Source: Marsupella aquatica (lineage: Eukaryota; Plantae; Marchantiophyta). Taken from it: a DNA stretch of 64,000 nucleotides. This document shows positions 1 through 13,437 of this stretch, piece by piece; the first letter of the stretch is position 1, and every line of letters starts with the position of its first letter. The notes under the pieces are model-generated. The model did no database searches. It was not told the origin of the DNA and was given only the letters and a program-made list of their open reading frames with translations. Position numbers and translations under genes: made by a program. The stretch covers positions 15,678,861 to 15,742,860 of the forward strand of contig OZ316892.1 in assembly GCA_973895155.1 (NCBI GenBank). The letters run 5' to 3'.

Positions 1-610
1 GTCCACCAATGAGAGATCACCCTGGGTTAACTAAAACTGTTAATGTAACCCATTTATACAATATGGGGGGGGGGGCAACCTAGCAATTAAAATAATTTTG
101 GGGGTAGGTTAATAATTTAGCTCAGTTTGGGGGACAGGTTAGTAAAAAGCTGTTTGAACAAAATGACGACACTCCTCTTGGCTGTCATCAATGTTGCATC
201 CTTCAGTCTTGACTGCCCTTTCACTCCTTTCCATAACAATATTGTCAAGGCAGCTAAATCCTATGCATTAATTTTGTTTGTCGTTGTAGCACTTAACCAA
301 AGTTATGATCAAACGAGTCAGTGATAGCTGATGTGATACAAGTCTTCCAACCATAGGCTTGCTTGAAGAAACAACAATACAAGTCCGGAAGGTTATCAAT
401 CACTGATGAAGAAGCTATAGAAGTTGGAAATCAATATCATGTAGCCAAGCCTTGGCTGTCAGCAACAACAAGGTAGAGCTGTTAGGAATTTACTTGAGTT
501 CCCAACTTTAGTTACTTTGGTTTACTAGGGTTAGTCAACCCTTGGTTTGATTAGGATAAGATCCACTTAGTTTAGCCCACACATCTCAGCCCCCTAGGGA
601 GGTATAGGTT

Positions 611-3600
611 TGTCACGTTGAAAGCTTTGTCCTTAATCGAATTTTGGCTTAGGTGGCCATAAACTCCGTCGTTAGTATTGAGGTTCGGGCAAGGAGGGAT
701 GTGCATACGGTACCGCATTCCACTAACTTGACACTAAATGTGCCAAATTCTATTATTACCCGTATCATAGGTATCGTTTGTGTTTCGCCGCCAAAACGTA
801 CCTCAAGTCAATAGCTAGATCAACCTCGGTTTAAGGACTTCTAAGCCTTTGTGCTGTCCACCTTTGATCCGAATCCAATAATGCGGGTAGCTAACCTGGG
901 CCCAAAACTGCTATCTGCAGCCTACACCCCGTGAACGGCTCGTATAGCGCATTCGGCCCAACATTCTCTATCCGCACACAAGATGTACAATTGTCTCAGT
1001 ATTCACAACATACACGCTTGATTCACACAAAGGAAATATTGGGGGAAAAGACTTTACATCAGAATCCGTTATGCACATACACAAGGTTGACTTGACTTCT
1101 TCTGAATACTCAAGCCAAAGGCAAAGAGGTGTACACTACAACAGAGCCCGGATCCGCACTCGCACAGCAAGCTTAGTCGTACCCTCAATCCTTGGAACTC
1201 TTATTCAAGAAGGCCGGGACTCCCCGCACATCCTGTGGACACCCGGTTCTGAACCTAAAATCCCCCCCCCCCGCTGCCTCTACTGGGGGTGCACTAAATA
1301 CTAACTAAGACCCGTGGCCAGGAGTGGGCACATGCTCAAATTCTAACCTATGCTAATCCTAGCTAAACGCCAGTCCGCTAAAATGGCTTGTCGTTACCCT
1401 AAGATACTACGCTAAAAGGTTGTCGGCGCCGCTCTAACTAGTTTTGGCTCTCGTCGGTAGTGTCCTACTCCTACGGCTAAACCTACGCTACTCCAAACTA
1501 TCGGTGCCTCTTAATGTCTGGCTCGCTTATTAGATCCGCCCAAGTGGGACTTGGATCGGCCATCCCGTTGCCTTCTCAGTCGGTCGACGTATTGCTTGAG
1601 GATTTGGACCTGGTCCATGAGAGAATCATTTTCTCTCTTCATCGCGTCTGTCTCCTCCACGGCTTCCTGGCATGCCTCTTCCAACTATTGACCGTCGCTC
1701 GTCAGCTTGGCCACCAATTGGTCTTGTTTAGCGGCTTCTTGTTGAAGCCGTGCCACCTTTGCTTTCAGGGCATCCACCTTGGCGGTATCTTGTTGGGCCC
1801 AAGCATCGGCCTCCTCTACGTCCTTTTGCCAGATTACAACTTGTCCCTTCAAATTGTCAATCTGGGTCCAGAGTCGTGAGATCTGGGCGTCCTTCCCGGC
1901 TCCGGCTTGCTCGGCCAAGGTTAACTTGGCCTTGGTATCGGTGACTTGGGCAAGGGCCATTGCCAACTAAGGACGGAGAAGCTGCAGCTCAGTATCCCGG
2001 TGTGCCATTTTGTTTGGCGGTCTCAACCCGGTATCGCTCAATCTTTGTTGTGGCTTCAGCCTGTGCCAGTCTCGCTTTTATTGCCGCCACCAGCTCCTGG
2101 CTGAAGAAGTAGGCTACCTTGCGGGCCATAAACTCCCCCATCTCCCGACTAATTTGTTGGGAGAAGTCTCCCAGCAGCCCGTTCAAATATGTACCCGGTG
2201 TGAAGAGTTCCTGGTTTACTAAGTTGTGCCCGCTCGGGTTTGGGCAAGGGCAAACCTCTGCTCGGGAAGAGGCCGGGGTGGTCACATCTAGCCCAAAGGC
2301 AGGATGGCTAGTGGGGCCAAGGCGGTCAGCCCGAGGGTCTATTGGCATTGGTGCGGATGGTGCCACGGTTTCCTCCAAACTTATGGCCTCGGGCACGGGG
2401 TCAGCTTCCTCTTGCTCAATGGTCACTGCACGGACCTGGTGTTGGGCCTCCAGGGTTGCAATCACCGCCGAGCCTGGCACCAACAAAGGTGTCTCAATGG
2501 CTTGTGGTGGGGCCAGGGTGGGCACTACTGGTGCTGTCTGAGCCCAAGATTTGGGCTGCGGCAGTCGTTCTAGCGCCAGAAAGACCCATCGGGACGGGGT
2601 GAGCTCGGGTTAGTCGATCAAAGCGGGCTTACCACTTGATAATAATCTTGATGTGGCTTGCGAGGTATGCCTTTCCCCCGAGGTACAGGGTCTTCCTTTG
2701 GCGCTCCATCTCCTCGTGGCATTTCTTGACAAAGAAGGAGGCCCACTTTCTAGGCCGATAGTTCTCGACCTGGATTACCTGGGTGGCGGATATCTTGCCC
2801 CGTGGCTCCATCATGTGGACGGTGTACCGCTGGAACTCCAAACGCTCTGCAATCTCTAGGATGAGGCACGTCCTCATCAGAAAGCCGTTGTCCATTGAAC
2901 CCTTGGGCGGGAAGCTTGAGGATCGGTACTTTGCTCCCTTGCCCCCTGGGGCCCGTGACTCCACCTGGTTTTGATCCTTGGGTAGGCCAAAAATAAGCGT
3001 AAGCTGCTCCTCATTCAAAGACATCACTCGCCCGTGCGCACAGGTTTGTTGTCGGGCCTCGTCGAAGTTCTGAAATGAACTCTATCATGTCTTGCCCATA
3101 GTACCTGCAAGTGTTCCAGGGGAGGGCGGCAAGATGTTTGAACCCTTGGGTCTCCAGGTATGTTGCATGCTTGGGATGGAGGATGTTCTTGTGAACATCC
3201 TCCCCCATGCAATGCATGGTCAACTTGGCCACGGCAAAGGTGGCCACGGGTAAACCAGATACTACACCAGGCTCCTTCCTCTTCTATCCCCGAGAGTTGT
3301 TTCCGGGATGGCTCGTAGAAGGGGACATCTCCTCGTCCTCCCTATCTAGTAGGGGTAGCGCGACCATAGTCAGAATGGGTGTCAGGGCCGCCATGGTCAT
3401 CGTGTTGTCTATCGGGGCCGTCTCTCGGGTCCGGGTTTGCGCAAACGGTGATATATTACCCGGCCCATGTCAGTGTGTCCCCAGTGGCCTCTGGACAAGA
3501 GGAGGATGAGCCTCCTCATCCTCTGAGCTGATGTTCACCGCATTCACCATGGATTGTACCCAAATGGGTGGTGCTGCCGGTGGTGGAGAGCGACTTGAAT

Positions 3601-4578
3601 GAGGCCGAGGCGGTGTCTGTGATGGTGCCGATGATTTGGCTGGGGTATAGCTGAAGGCAGCGCCATAGGATTCAGAAACTTTGAGGGGAAGCCAAGTGAT
3701 GTCAGGATAGACAACTTGCCCGTATTTGGACTACCAAATCGATAGTCAAGGAAAGACTGAACTTTGGCGGGGATATGGTCAAAGTGATGCCGCTGCAAGT
3801 CTATCGTGCCCGGGATTGTGAAGACCTCGTCCAGAAGTTGAAGGAGCGCTTCCCTGAATCCGAGGTACTTTGTACCGTCAAAGAAGAATTTGGCAATCTG
3901 GTCGTCTTCATAGAACTTGCTCTCAAATGGAAGGTTGAAGTCGTCGTTGTAGTGAGAGCGCTCGGCTAGACGGATGAGTTGTTTGTACTGTCTTTCAGCT
4001 TTGTACCTGTGAGGGTTGAATTTGGCAAGCAACTTTGCTAGATGATTTCCAATGGACAGAAATTGAAGCCAAAAGCAAAGGGCCAAACTGGACATAATCA
4101 TGATAGACATATAGTGTGCGGCGGTCGATAACTAAGGGGCGAATGGGCAAGCTAGGATCAAAGCTGGTGCGAGGAGTGAAGTGCTGATACTACACAAGAG
4201 AATGGCTTGCCTTTTATACACTAAGGAGTCATCGGCCGATTGGCCCCTCCTCCTTTCTGATAGGCCAGCCCTTCACGCTCGTAGTGTACCAGCCACTTCG
4301 CAGGTCCGAATCAGAGCGTGTCAGAGAGCCACCTACTCAATCCGTTATACGGACCCGAGGTAGACGTCCATAACATGCTCGTAACCCGGTGGTACAATTG
4401 GCGCTCTACCGCCAGCCTGAGTGTGAATGCTCTTTATTGACTAATCTTGTCCTATTCATGATTACTAACTATTTTAGTGTCGCTATGCTAATAACTACGG
4501 ACTACTAAGTTCGTAGCGTGCGTGCCCAACACATATTAGGCCGGATTACTCATTACCAACCGTGCTGGCAGCGTCACA
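611..4578 (-). mobile_element. Giant (3968 bp) solo LTR, family B, copy A, with internal coding region
   Basis: TG...CA termini and perfect 5-bp TSD AGGTT (606-610, 4579-4583). Collinear with 26148-37772 once nested inserts are removed. The minus strand starts TGTGACGC, similar to family C LTRs (TGTGATGC). Confidence 0.85.
1511..4110 (-). pseudogene. Disrupted LTR-encoded protein (N-terminal domain, PMD/Transposase_32-like domain, Pro-rich linker, coiled coil)
   Basis: ORF fragments 3544-4110, 3011-3247, 2629-3027, 1989-2525 and 1685-1966 join into one protein. Motifs LPW..EF..FGLP..SFP..NGF..TC..PR..I...QV align with the family C LTR ORF. Confidence 0.75.
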
Positions 4579-5632
4579 AGGTTGGAGGAAAAAACATTCT
4601 CTTCCTCATTCTTCATGTCTACTCTCATATCTTGTGGCTCCTAGAGCCCGTTCAAGAGTTTCTCCACTTGTGGTGTCGTGTCAGTGTAGCATCTCATTGA
4701 GTGTTTGTCTCATGTTTTGTATATGCTTTCTAGTCTAAGCCGACGGTTTCTTACTGTAAGTAATATCATAGTTTTGTGTTTGTGATTTGATGACTTGGGC
4801 AACAATGGGCACTGAGAGTGTTTGTTGTGTTGGTTGGGGTGAAAGATTGAATCATTGTCAACAATTGCATGATAAACTGTTTCACTGGTTGCTTTCCAAT
4901 TGACTTTTGTGCTTGGAAAAGATGATGGGTTCCTGATTGAAACTTTAGCTAAAGTATCAAATGTGTCATTGTGTGTTTTGGATGTATTGTTGAGTGTACA
5001 GTCTAGCAATTTCTCATGCGCATCAATGGGCATTGCATCTTGGCAAATTTTTCATAGTGTTTTGTCATTTGAGTGCAAAGCAATGTCGTTCTTTGATATA
5101 TTTGGTCATAGACTTAAGCTCTTTGCTATATTGCGTTAGTGTGTAAATCACTTGCGAGCTCTGTCAAAGTTAGTTTCATTTGGGGCTTTTAACAATGTTA
5201 GTAAAAAGGAGAAAGTAGATAGGAAAAACTCATATTGATAGCGAGACAGAGATATTGCTAGCGAAGCAAAACCTCACATTTAACTTCACTATTTGGGAGA
5301 AAAACACTAATATCAATAATTTCAATCCATCGTGAGAGTTGCTAGCAAACCTCGCCAGCACAAATTGTTTCTTCATATCCAAAACCCTATGAACCAAAAT
5401 AGTACCAATAGTATTTTATTGAGATGACTTCAGATGATACATAACTAATTTTCCATTCTCAAATACATAAAAAGTACCACTTCTTTCTAAAGTGATATTT
5501 ATCCACAAGGATGAGGAAATATGAAGAAGATTTGGACAAAATCAATAGTCATCTAATCCTGACTGAACATCAACAGGACTATCGGAACCTGAATTCTCTG
5601 TGCTTTCCTCGCTAGTAGATACTTCACTACTC

Positions 5633-8600
5633 TCAGATCTCGATGTTGACTCGATCAGCCTCCTCATCTACAAATCTTGAGGCACGCACAGCCTCATTAT
5701 CAATCAGAGGATGCCTAAAAAACTTCCTATCAGATCCCCTCAACAGTCGTCGCCCCTTCATTTCCCAAGTCACTATGGGACTCTTGTCGACATCCTTCAT
5801 TCCTTTTTGTGTATACTCAGAGAGGTCCCAAGGCTTTTCAGGAGTATCCAGAAACGCCTCCTTAATTTTGCGCCGTAGTTGAAATTGTTCCTCCTGTTTC
5901 CATTCCAAACTCCCTTCTCTGTGGAAATGAAGCAAGACTGAACTTAGATGTATGAATTTTTATTTTGCAAAGAGAGTCAAAAAGGAATTAAAGGTCAAGA
6001 TTTAGGGAAGAAGCTTACGATCATTACTAAGAATCTTCCTTTGAAGGTGATGGAGTCTTGAGATCATCATCACCAAGAATCGCATACGGGTCCTCCTCTT
6101 CATCACCCAAGTCAACCACAGACTTTTTCCCTTTATCCAAAAAGTCTGAAACCGTTTCCACTTGAACTTTCCTCCCATGGACTGCTCGCAAAGCATCCGC
6201 AGCTGATTCCCCAAAAGCCGGACGATCCTCTAGCCCAATGACATGTCTCCCGGAGTAATCCCCGACAAAATAACTCCAACCTTCACCCACAGTCCAATAA
6301 AAAACTACATCCCCCGGATTTGTCAACAATTCAATGACAGTCTACATGAAACCTATAGAAACACGAGTCGACCCCGCGAAACCCATATCCAACAATCCAC
6401 TCTCTTTGGGAATAGAGAGGCTAATCAAAGATGACACATAGGGATCCTTCAAAGAAGAGAGTGCCTGAAACTTCTTATCCTTTGGAACTATCCCGTCCAA
6501 AGACGTCTTACAAAAGACATCGAGAACAAGATTGAAAACCTGGAGGGAAAACAGAACAACGATTTAGAAAATGAACCCAAATCTTGAAGAACTTTTTCTA
6601 GAAGGTGATTGCTAACGAGGGTCGCTATCAAAATAAAAGTGAACTTACATTAAAGTCAATGTTCTCTTTCCATAAAGGAGCCGGAAGCAGAATTGTGTAC
6701 GACTGTGCATGCTTGAAAAAACCACGAGCTTGAGCAACACTATATACGGCTAAGGTGTGATTAAAATCATCACTATGAAGAATAGCAAGGAATCCATTAT
6801 CAGCAAGATACTGTTTGGAGATATTGAAAAAATGTGCGAGGAGGGATTTGTCCCAAACGTTCCACTCTGGAACCGTTTTGTTAGTAATGAGGGGACGGAG
6901 TCCTATAGGAAGATAGACAAAACCTAAATCAAAACCTATTCCCGAAAGGGACTTTTTGTCCAAAACTATCGGAGATTCCCTAAGGCCTCTCGACAGGAGG
7001 CTCTTCATCAAAATATCACACTCTCAAACCCATGATGGTTTCTTCCTTTGGTTGACAATTGAGTTGGCAGAGTCAAGCAAACTTGACTTGAGAAAAATAT
7101 GTCTATTTTCCCCTGCAATAAACTCTATTCCTTTCCTCTCCAAACCAGAGTTTAATCTTGAATCAAATTCGGCCTCCTCATCCAAGTCAACAAAATTGCG
7201 TTTCTTCTTTGTTTTCTTGGAGCTCCCCAAATCTGCCACCTTCTTTGACTTTTTCTTCTTACTAGTTTCCTCAGGATATGCTTCCTCATTCGCGTCTGGA
7301 CTGGCTTCCTCTCCCGGTTGGTTGTGTGAACTCAATGAGCGCCTCTTTTCTGAAAAAGCACTGGGAGGTCAGAATGTAAACTTCAGGAATACACGATCAA
7401 AATATAACTTATTTTGATAGTGAGGTTCGCTAGCAATACTTACTTGTTCTGAGAGACTGTTGGGAAACAGAAACCTTTTGAGAATCTGCCTTTTCAGGGG
7501 CCTCGACTTTCACTCTTGACTTTCGAGTGCGGTCGACATTCACCCCTTGCCTCAAACATACTTCCTCCATCATGGCACAAGCCATTTCTTCCCTCTCCAC
7601 TGGACCAAATTTGATCTCAGAGAAAATATACTTGGGCTCCTCGCCCTTCACAATCTTGGTGTACACCGATCTTTCCGTTTGGTCAAAAGCAGTTGACCAT
7701 TGATCACTATCGAGATACCAGGGACAATTAAAAACTTCCCACGCAATAAGGTCTCTTTTGGGGTGAGAAGCATCCGCAGGATACATTGAAAACTGAGGAT
7801 ACGTAACATTCCCATCTGCATCTCGCCCAATGCTTGCCCATCCAGCAAAACAAAGGGGGTAACACCAAAAATACGAATCACTACTAATTTCCCGATCTAC
7901 AAAGAACTGATAAACATATCGCTCAGCCCTTCGACGAATTACATCAACATCAAATTTGTCACCAGACTTGGTTATCCAAATTGCTCGGAAAAACTTGGAT
8001 CTCACACGAAATGCATAATCCTTGAAATCATTGAGTATATGCTCCTTCAAAGATTCAAGATCTTTTTGAGGTGCAGTCTAAACGATCTTGAGGAGCACTT
8101 AATCCAATCTCATCCAAATAGGCTATCAGCAAATGGTTAGAAATGGATTCAACCGATGACCACATGGACCATGTGTGGCACCATTGCTTGGTCTCATTCT
8201 CGGAAAATCCCGCTCGATGAAACCATTGCTTCCTCAATTCTGGCTTACACTGTGCCTCAATCAATTGGCATCAAAGAAGTGGATCTAGAGTTGAGACAGC
8301 AGTGTACATTCAAACCCGATCCAATCCACAACCCAATGTTTGACGCCCTTCTCGCTTCTCCCTTTCACAGTACTCATACAACTCTGAGCATTTGGCAAGA
8401 AAACCCTTGTATTATGGATTCAAAATAGTTGCTAATTTACTGTTGCGGACAAACCATTCTTTTAGTTGCAAGGCAAACATCTCGTCATGAAGCTTCTTCC
8501 TCTCAACATCAGACCACGGCACATTCATTTGAATGGCTCTCTCTTCACAAACCCGCAAATCTTCTAGACCCGCAGCGATGTTTGCAGAGCACAAAATGTA

Positions 8601-9588
8601 TGTGAGTGCATCCAAACTCATTTTTTTTAGTACCACGCCTTATTCTTCACATTTGCCATCCTAGTTTCAAAGATCTTGTAGCTAGCAGGATCGATGATCT
8701 TCTCATAGTAAGACAGATCATATTGGAGGATTTTCTTCACCCGGTCTGCATCCAAAATCCAAGAATTCTCCACAACACACTGCCCAAGCCTGGACCCGCA
8801 AAGGAAAAGGATATCAATATATTAAGCAATCACTTAGGGAACCTAAACCACTTGCACAAAAGTGAAACAAAGCTATAAAACTTACTTGTTGAGCTCATGC
8901 ATCGCCGACTCAATCTCAATGAACGAATCACATTTCCCCTTCAAAATGCGATATATCACCCGAGGATGATACTTTTTGTCATCAGGGAACTGCTTAGCAA
9001 CTATCATCCACGAATATAGACGATGGTTCCCATCAAAAACCAAAAACATCTTGTCTTTCAAGCACAAGAATTCTGGATTTTTGTCACATTTGGCTTCAAA
9101 CGCGACATTTTGCTAAACCCAAACATCGTCCCAAGTTGCTCGAATATCTTCGGTGACCAGAATCTCAGCACCTTCCGCATCACAGACGGAAACATAAACT
9201 TGGCCAACTTGTCAACGTATCCATCCGTCTTGAACTTGGAGACAAGATTGTCAATAGCTCTTGATTGCACCTGGAGCGACCTCACCAAGTCCATGTTCAT
9301 GACTTAACAAAGTGGAACCCTAGGAGGTTCTTGCGTGTCCCCCCTTTCGTTCAACCCAAACAAAAGAGAGTGACGAGCAAGCACCTTGGAGAACGCGTCC
9401 GGAATTTTGCTGCCTCCCATCAGAACACCGTGTGTCTTGGGACATGACTGCTCTTCTTGGTGTTTTTAGGCCTATGAAAAGAATTTGCCTCTCTGCTGTC
9501 GACCGAGTCACTTGCCTGCTTGAGTTTGTAGTCTGTAGAAGGAGGCGGAGAAAGAAGTTTGGGAGCGCGGTGAAGAAGAATGATCCAT
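5633..9588 (-). pseudogene. MULE-1 accessory gene: ParB/Srx-like domain plus beta-class N4C/N6A methyltransferase-like domain, multi-exon, disrupted
   Basis: VRSLQ..IDNL..KF...GY and VFDGNHRL (9020-9034) match the ParB N-terminal signature. TNPGDVVFYWTVGEGWSYFVGDYSGRHVIGLE matches the SAM-binding region. GT-AG introns at about 8790-8885, 7351-7475 and 6541-6648. Collinear with 47341-51506. Confidence 0.75.
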
Positions 9589-12500
9589 TGGTTCACCACT
9601 AGGCTTGATACCCCTACAAAATTTTGCACGACTACTCCAAAGAGTGACCGCCATTAGGTACGGATGACACTCCACATACAAAGACATCGTACTAGCCTCC
9701 GCACCTCGACTGACCAAGCCGTGCGAAGTACAATGGAACGTTTGTAATACCGTCATCCATTTCTAAACGGGATATAATACTATCATCCGTATCGAAAGCA
9801 ACCGGATTTTGGAACGTGTCATACGGTAATAGGAACAACATACAATGGTAATTAGTTGTACCAACGGATTAATTAATGACAATGTCTACTTAATTACAGA
9901 TGGTTTAACGGAACCTATCCTAAATGCACAAATGTTTCATGACAAATTCGGAATATTTTAGAACACATAAGGCGAACATTTGACAATTTAAGTTACCGTT
10001 AAACGGTAACTTTTGGTAGCGACCCTCGCTATCAAAACTATTCCATATTTAATTATATCAATGAGATGAAGCCAACAACATGGTTAAATTTAGGTCAAAT
10101 GACCTCCAGAACTGGATGTTGGAAACTCTAATTTTTGATAGCAAAGGTCGCTATCAAAAGACGTTATCACTTTCTCTAAATTTGTAGGATATTCAGTGAT
10201 ATGAGGTTCAATATGCATATTTTTAAGAATAGTTAATGGTAGCGATGATTGCTAGCAAAAGTTGTCATTCTTTATTACCGTTGTATACCCGTTGGAAGAA
10301 TCTATCCGTTATTGTACGTGTAAATTGATGACCGAGAATCCGATGGATATGTACGATTGCTCGGCTGGTCTTTGGGGTCATCGGTCGGGTTATGGTTTGT
10401 TGGTCGGCCGTCTCCAAAGGTTCCTGGCGTTTTCGCCTTTCTTACGTTCTCCATGGAGGGTAGGTCCACACATTGAGGAGTAAACTATTTGAGATGTCTA
10501 TTCCCTGATTGGTGATTCAATCAGTGATTCAATCGATGATTCACTCACTCTCGGTCTATTCCAGGCGCTCGCTCGCCCTCGGTGATTCTCATCTCTCGCT
10601 CTTGAGAATTCAATCACTGCCTCTCTTGGTGATATAGGCGCTCGCTCTTGGTGATACCAGACGCCTGCTATCGGTGATTCTCTCGGATCTCTATGATATC
10701 TCTTACTACCAGATGCGTGCTGCCGGTGATTCTCTTGGATCTCTATGATATCTCTTTGCTCATGGACGGTATGCAGAGGATGCAGCCCGATAATGGGAAG
10801 CGTCCCATTGTAGAGGAAGAGGAGACCACGGAGCAGGAGTCTGAGACGTATGTTTTTGCCACTTCGGACATCCAAAATAGGAATAGCCTTCCACCAAATG
10901 AGAGAATGAGTCCAGGGGAGCGGAACATTCCATGGCTCAGGGATGAGCCCGCTCTTCCGTTTGAAGATCGGTTCTTCTTCCATGTTCCGTCCGATCCTGC
11001 CACAATTTGGCCCCGTCATCTAGAGCTTTGAACGCACGAGGTGTTGGGATCTCCTGATTTCCAGGATTTGAACTTTGCAAGCGGAAGCAGCCAAAGGCCT
11101 GTCTATAGAGCCCCAAATTGAGCATTTAGTTAGAGGAGGGAGCATGGTTTCACACAAGACATATACCGTCGAGTAGCTGGTGTCCCAGACGAAGAGATGT
11201 CTTCTAATTTGGCAAAGTCCCATCCCGATCCTGACCAAAAGGAGTAGGATCAATACTGGCAGATTCTTCATCTCTAGTGAGGCATAATTTAGGTTAAGAT
11301 ACTGTGACAATTTGCTAGCATCCAGTGTATGTTTTTTCCACGGAATATATAAAGAGTTTTAAATTAACTTGTCTTGGTGTATCAATTGGACATCCTAACG
11401 GATACAAAACAAATGACAAAATATTTAATGCCACAGTTGTTACCGTTTCAACATCTGGTTTGACATTGGAGCTTGAAAACTGGTTTTGTGTACTCTCTGG
11501 TTACAAATATTGACCCATCTCCGGAGAGTGTAGAAGCAGACATTGATGTTTATGAAATCAAAACTGAGTCTCCAAATAAAGTTTCTCTGATTTATCGAGT
11601 GAGTGCGTGTGACATGATATTGAGGGATAAAGGCTCCAATGAGATATCTCGCTTTGTCCGTAAGTTCTTGGAGTCTAGAGAGGATGTCAAACATGTTCAA
11701 TGTCTTCCCAAAGATTACAATGGGGACTCAATTTTTGAGCTTCCCCCAGTTGATTCATCCCCTAAAAGAGGATCTGGGCTCAGATACATGGATCGAGAGA
11801 ATGATTGCTATTGTTGGACTAGAATTATTCCAACTTATGCAAATGTCTTTCCAAAAGATTTGTATCAGTTCGCAAAAGTCCGATGCTTTGGGTCCATTGA
11901 ATGTCAAAATGGGAAGTGTGCATTCTTAGATAATGGGCAAGGGAAGGAATAGAGTGTCCTGGGCTGGAAGGGCAAAAGGAGACCAAGTCCACAAGACTAG
12001 TGAAGCAGTTTCTCCTGGAGGAATAGTATGTTTTCATTGTGACCAACCGCCTATATGTGTGGAGACGTGTCCCGCCTGAATGTTTTACATGTACCCACTT
12101 TCCTCGGTGGATAAGGAAAATGTGAGATTCATGTCGAGGCTTGCAATGCATGTCGGATACCACGTCCACCCACCAAATAGTTTTGTTTCGAGGGAGGCCA
12201 TGATTACTGCAGAGTCGGTCATCCGAGACCATCATTTAGTGAACCCCCTGGCCACACCAGCTCAACTAAAAATTGATGCAATAGAGGCATTGATGTCACA
12301 CTTGGCTCCGGAGAGTGCCGCTGGGATTTCTGTCCAGGACATTTAGGATATTTGGAGCTCATTGAGTGCTCTTGCGTCCAAAGAGAAGTTCCAAGCCATC
12401 TTGCGGAACTTCAAAATGGAGAATCCCTTGAAAAGGGAGTTTGACTCGATTCGGGACATGCAAAGGAACATTCATTTTCCTTACATCCAGAGATTTCTAT

Positions 12501-13437
12501 TTCCCGGTCAAGGCTCTATTACTGATCGAGATCATGTTTTCAAGATGAGCGTCAAAGGTCCGGGTTCTGGATTGGATATTCTTCAAAGAATGAGAAAAGG
12601 GGGTTCTCAGGAAGGATCATGGGTTAGTTTTGATGTTATGCATCGGATTACTACTGGCTGGCTGACATTTAGTGCGCACGTTTATGATCATAATATCCGT
12701 GCCCTGTGCACAATATTTACTTGTGAGCTAAAGTTTGAATGTTGTGAATCATTGTCTACGGCTTGGAGGTTGATGGTAAGTGTCGCATCCAAAAATGGTT
12801 TGCACGACATTACCATCCATGGTTTCATGGTAGATAATGCCACCGTAGGGTGGAATGCGGTTCAGAATATATTCTCCCAGGGTCTTCCTAATCCAGAAAA
12901 AGAAAGGTCTGATGCTTTTCATTTCTTCCAATCACTCCGGAGACATACCCGTGAAGGTATTTTGGAAAAAAATCACGATGAGCATTATGCTTTATGGGAC
13001 CATTTGAGGAACGCCTCCACATACGTTGAAGCTACAGAATTTCTTCAGAGATCAAGGAGTGGTGGCAATCCAGGAATTGTATTCCAGGGAAACTTCGCTA
13101 TCTGCAAGGATGGATTTCCTGGTGGGTCGTTTGATGGAGACAGTGGGGGAACTATATCAGGCTGGTATGGTCTTAATTCCAACTCAATTTTTCATGGTCG
13201 TCTCATCAAAATATTGCAAGCGATCTTCGCTAACATCGGTGGAATCCGTTACTTACGTTGATTTTGCTTATGTGTTTTGTTTCAGTCGGCGGACGCTCTG
13301 GAATCTGTCCACGCTTCCATGCATGCTTCCCAACCCAAAAAGAAAGTGACTCTAGTGGAGGCTTGCAAAGTTGACTCCAATCGTGCTGCCTTCCAAGTTG
13401 CTTGCTACATCGGATTTGAGTCCGGTGTGAGTAGAGG

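Larger units (their letters stand above)
480..4654. mobile_element. Possible small (~200 bp) solo LTR interrupted by the 611-4578 insertion
   Basis: Starts TGTTAGG at 480 and ends TTCA at 4654; flanks AGAGC (475-479) and AGAGT (4655-4659) differ by one transition. No second copy in the window. Confidence 0.35.

Noticed and set aside
1-170. G-run and possible TIR end at the window start
   Set aside because: No partner end or TSD is visible in the window.
5633-9588. Bacterial or phage contamination
   Set aside because: The gene has introns, lies between TIRs with a TSD, and is nested with plant retroelements.
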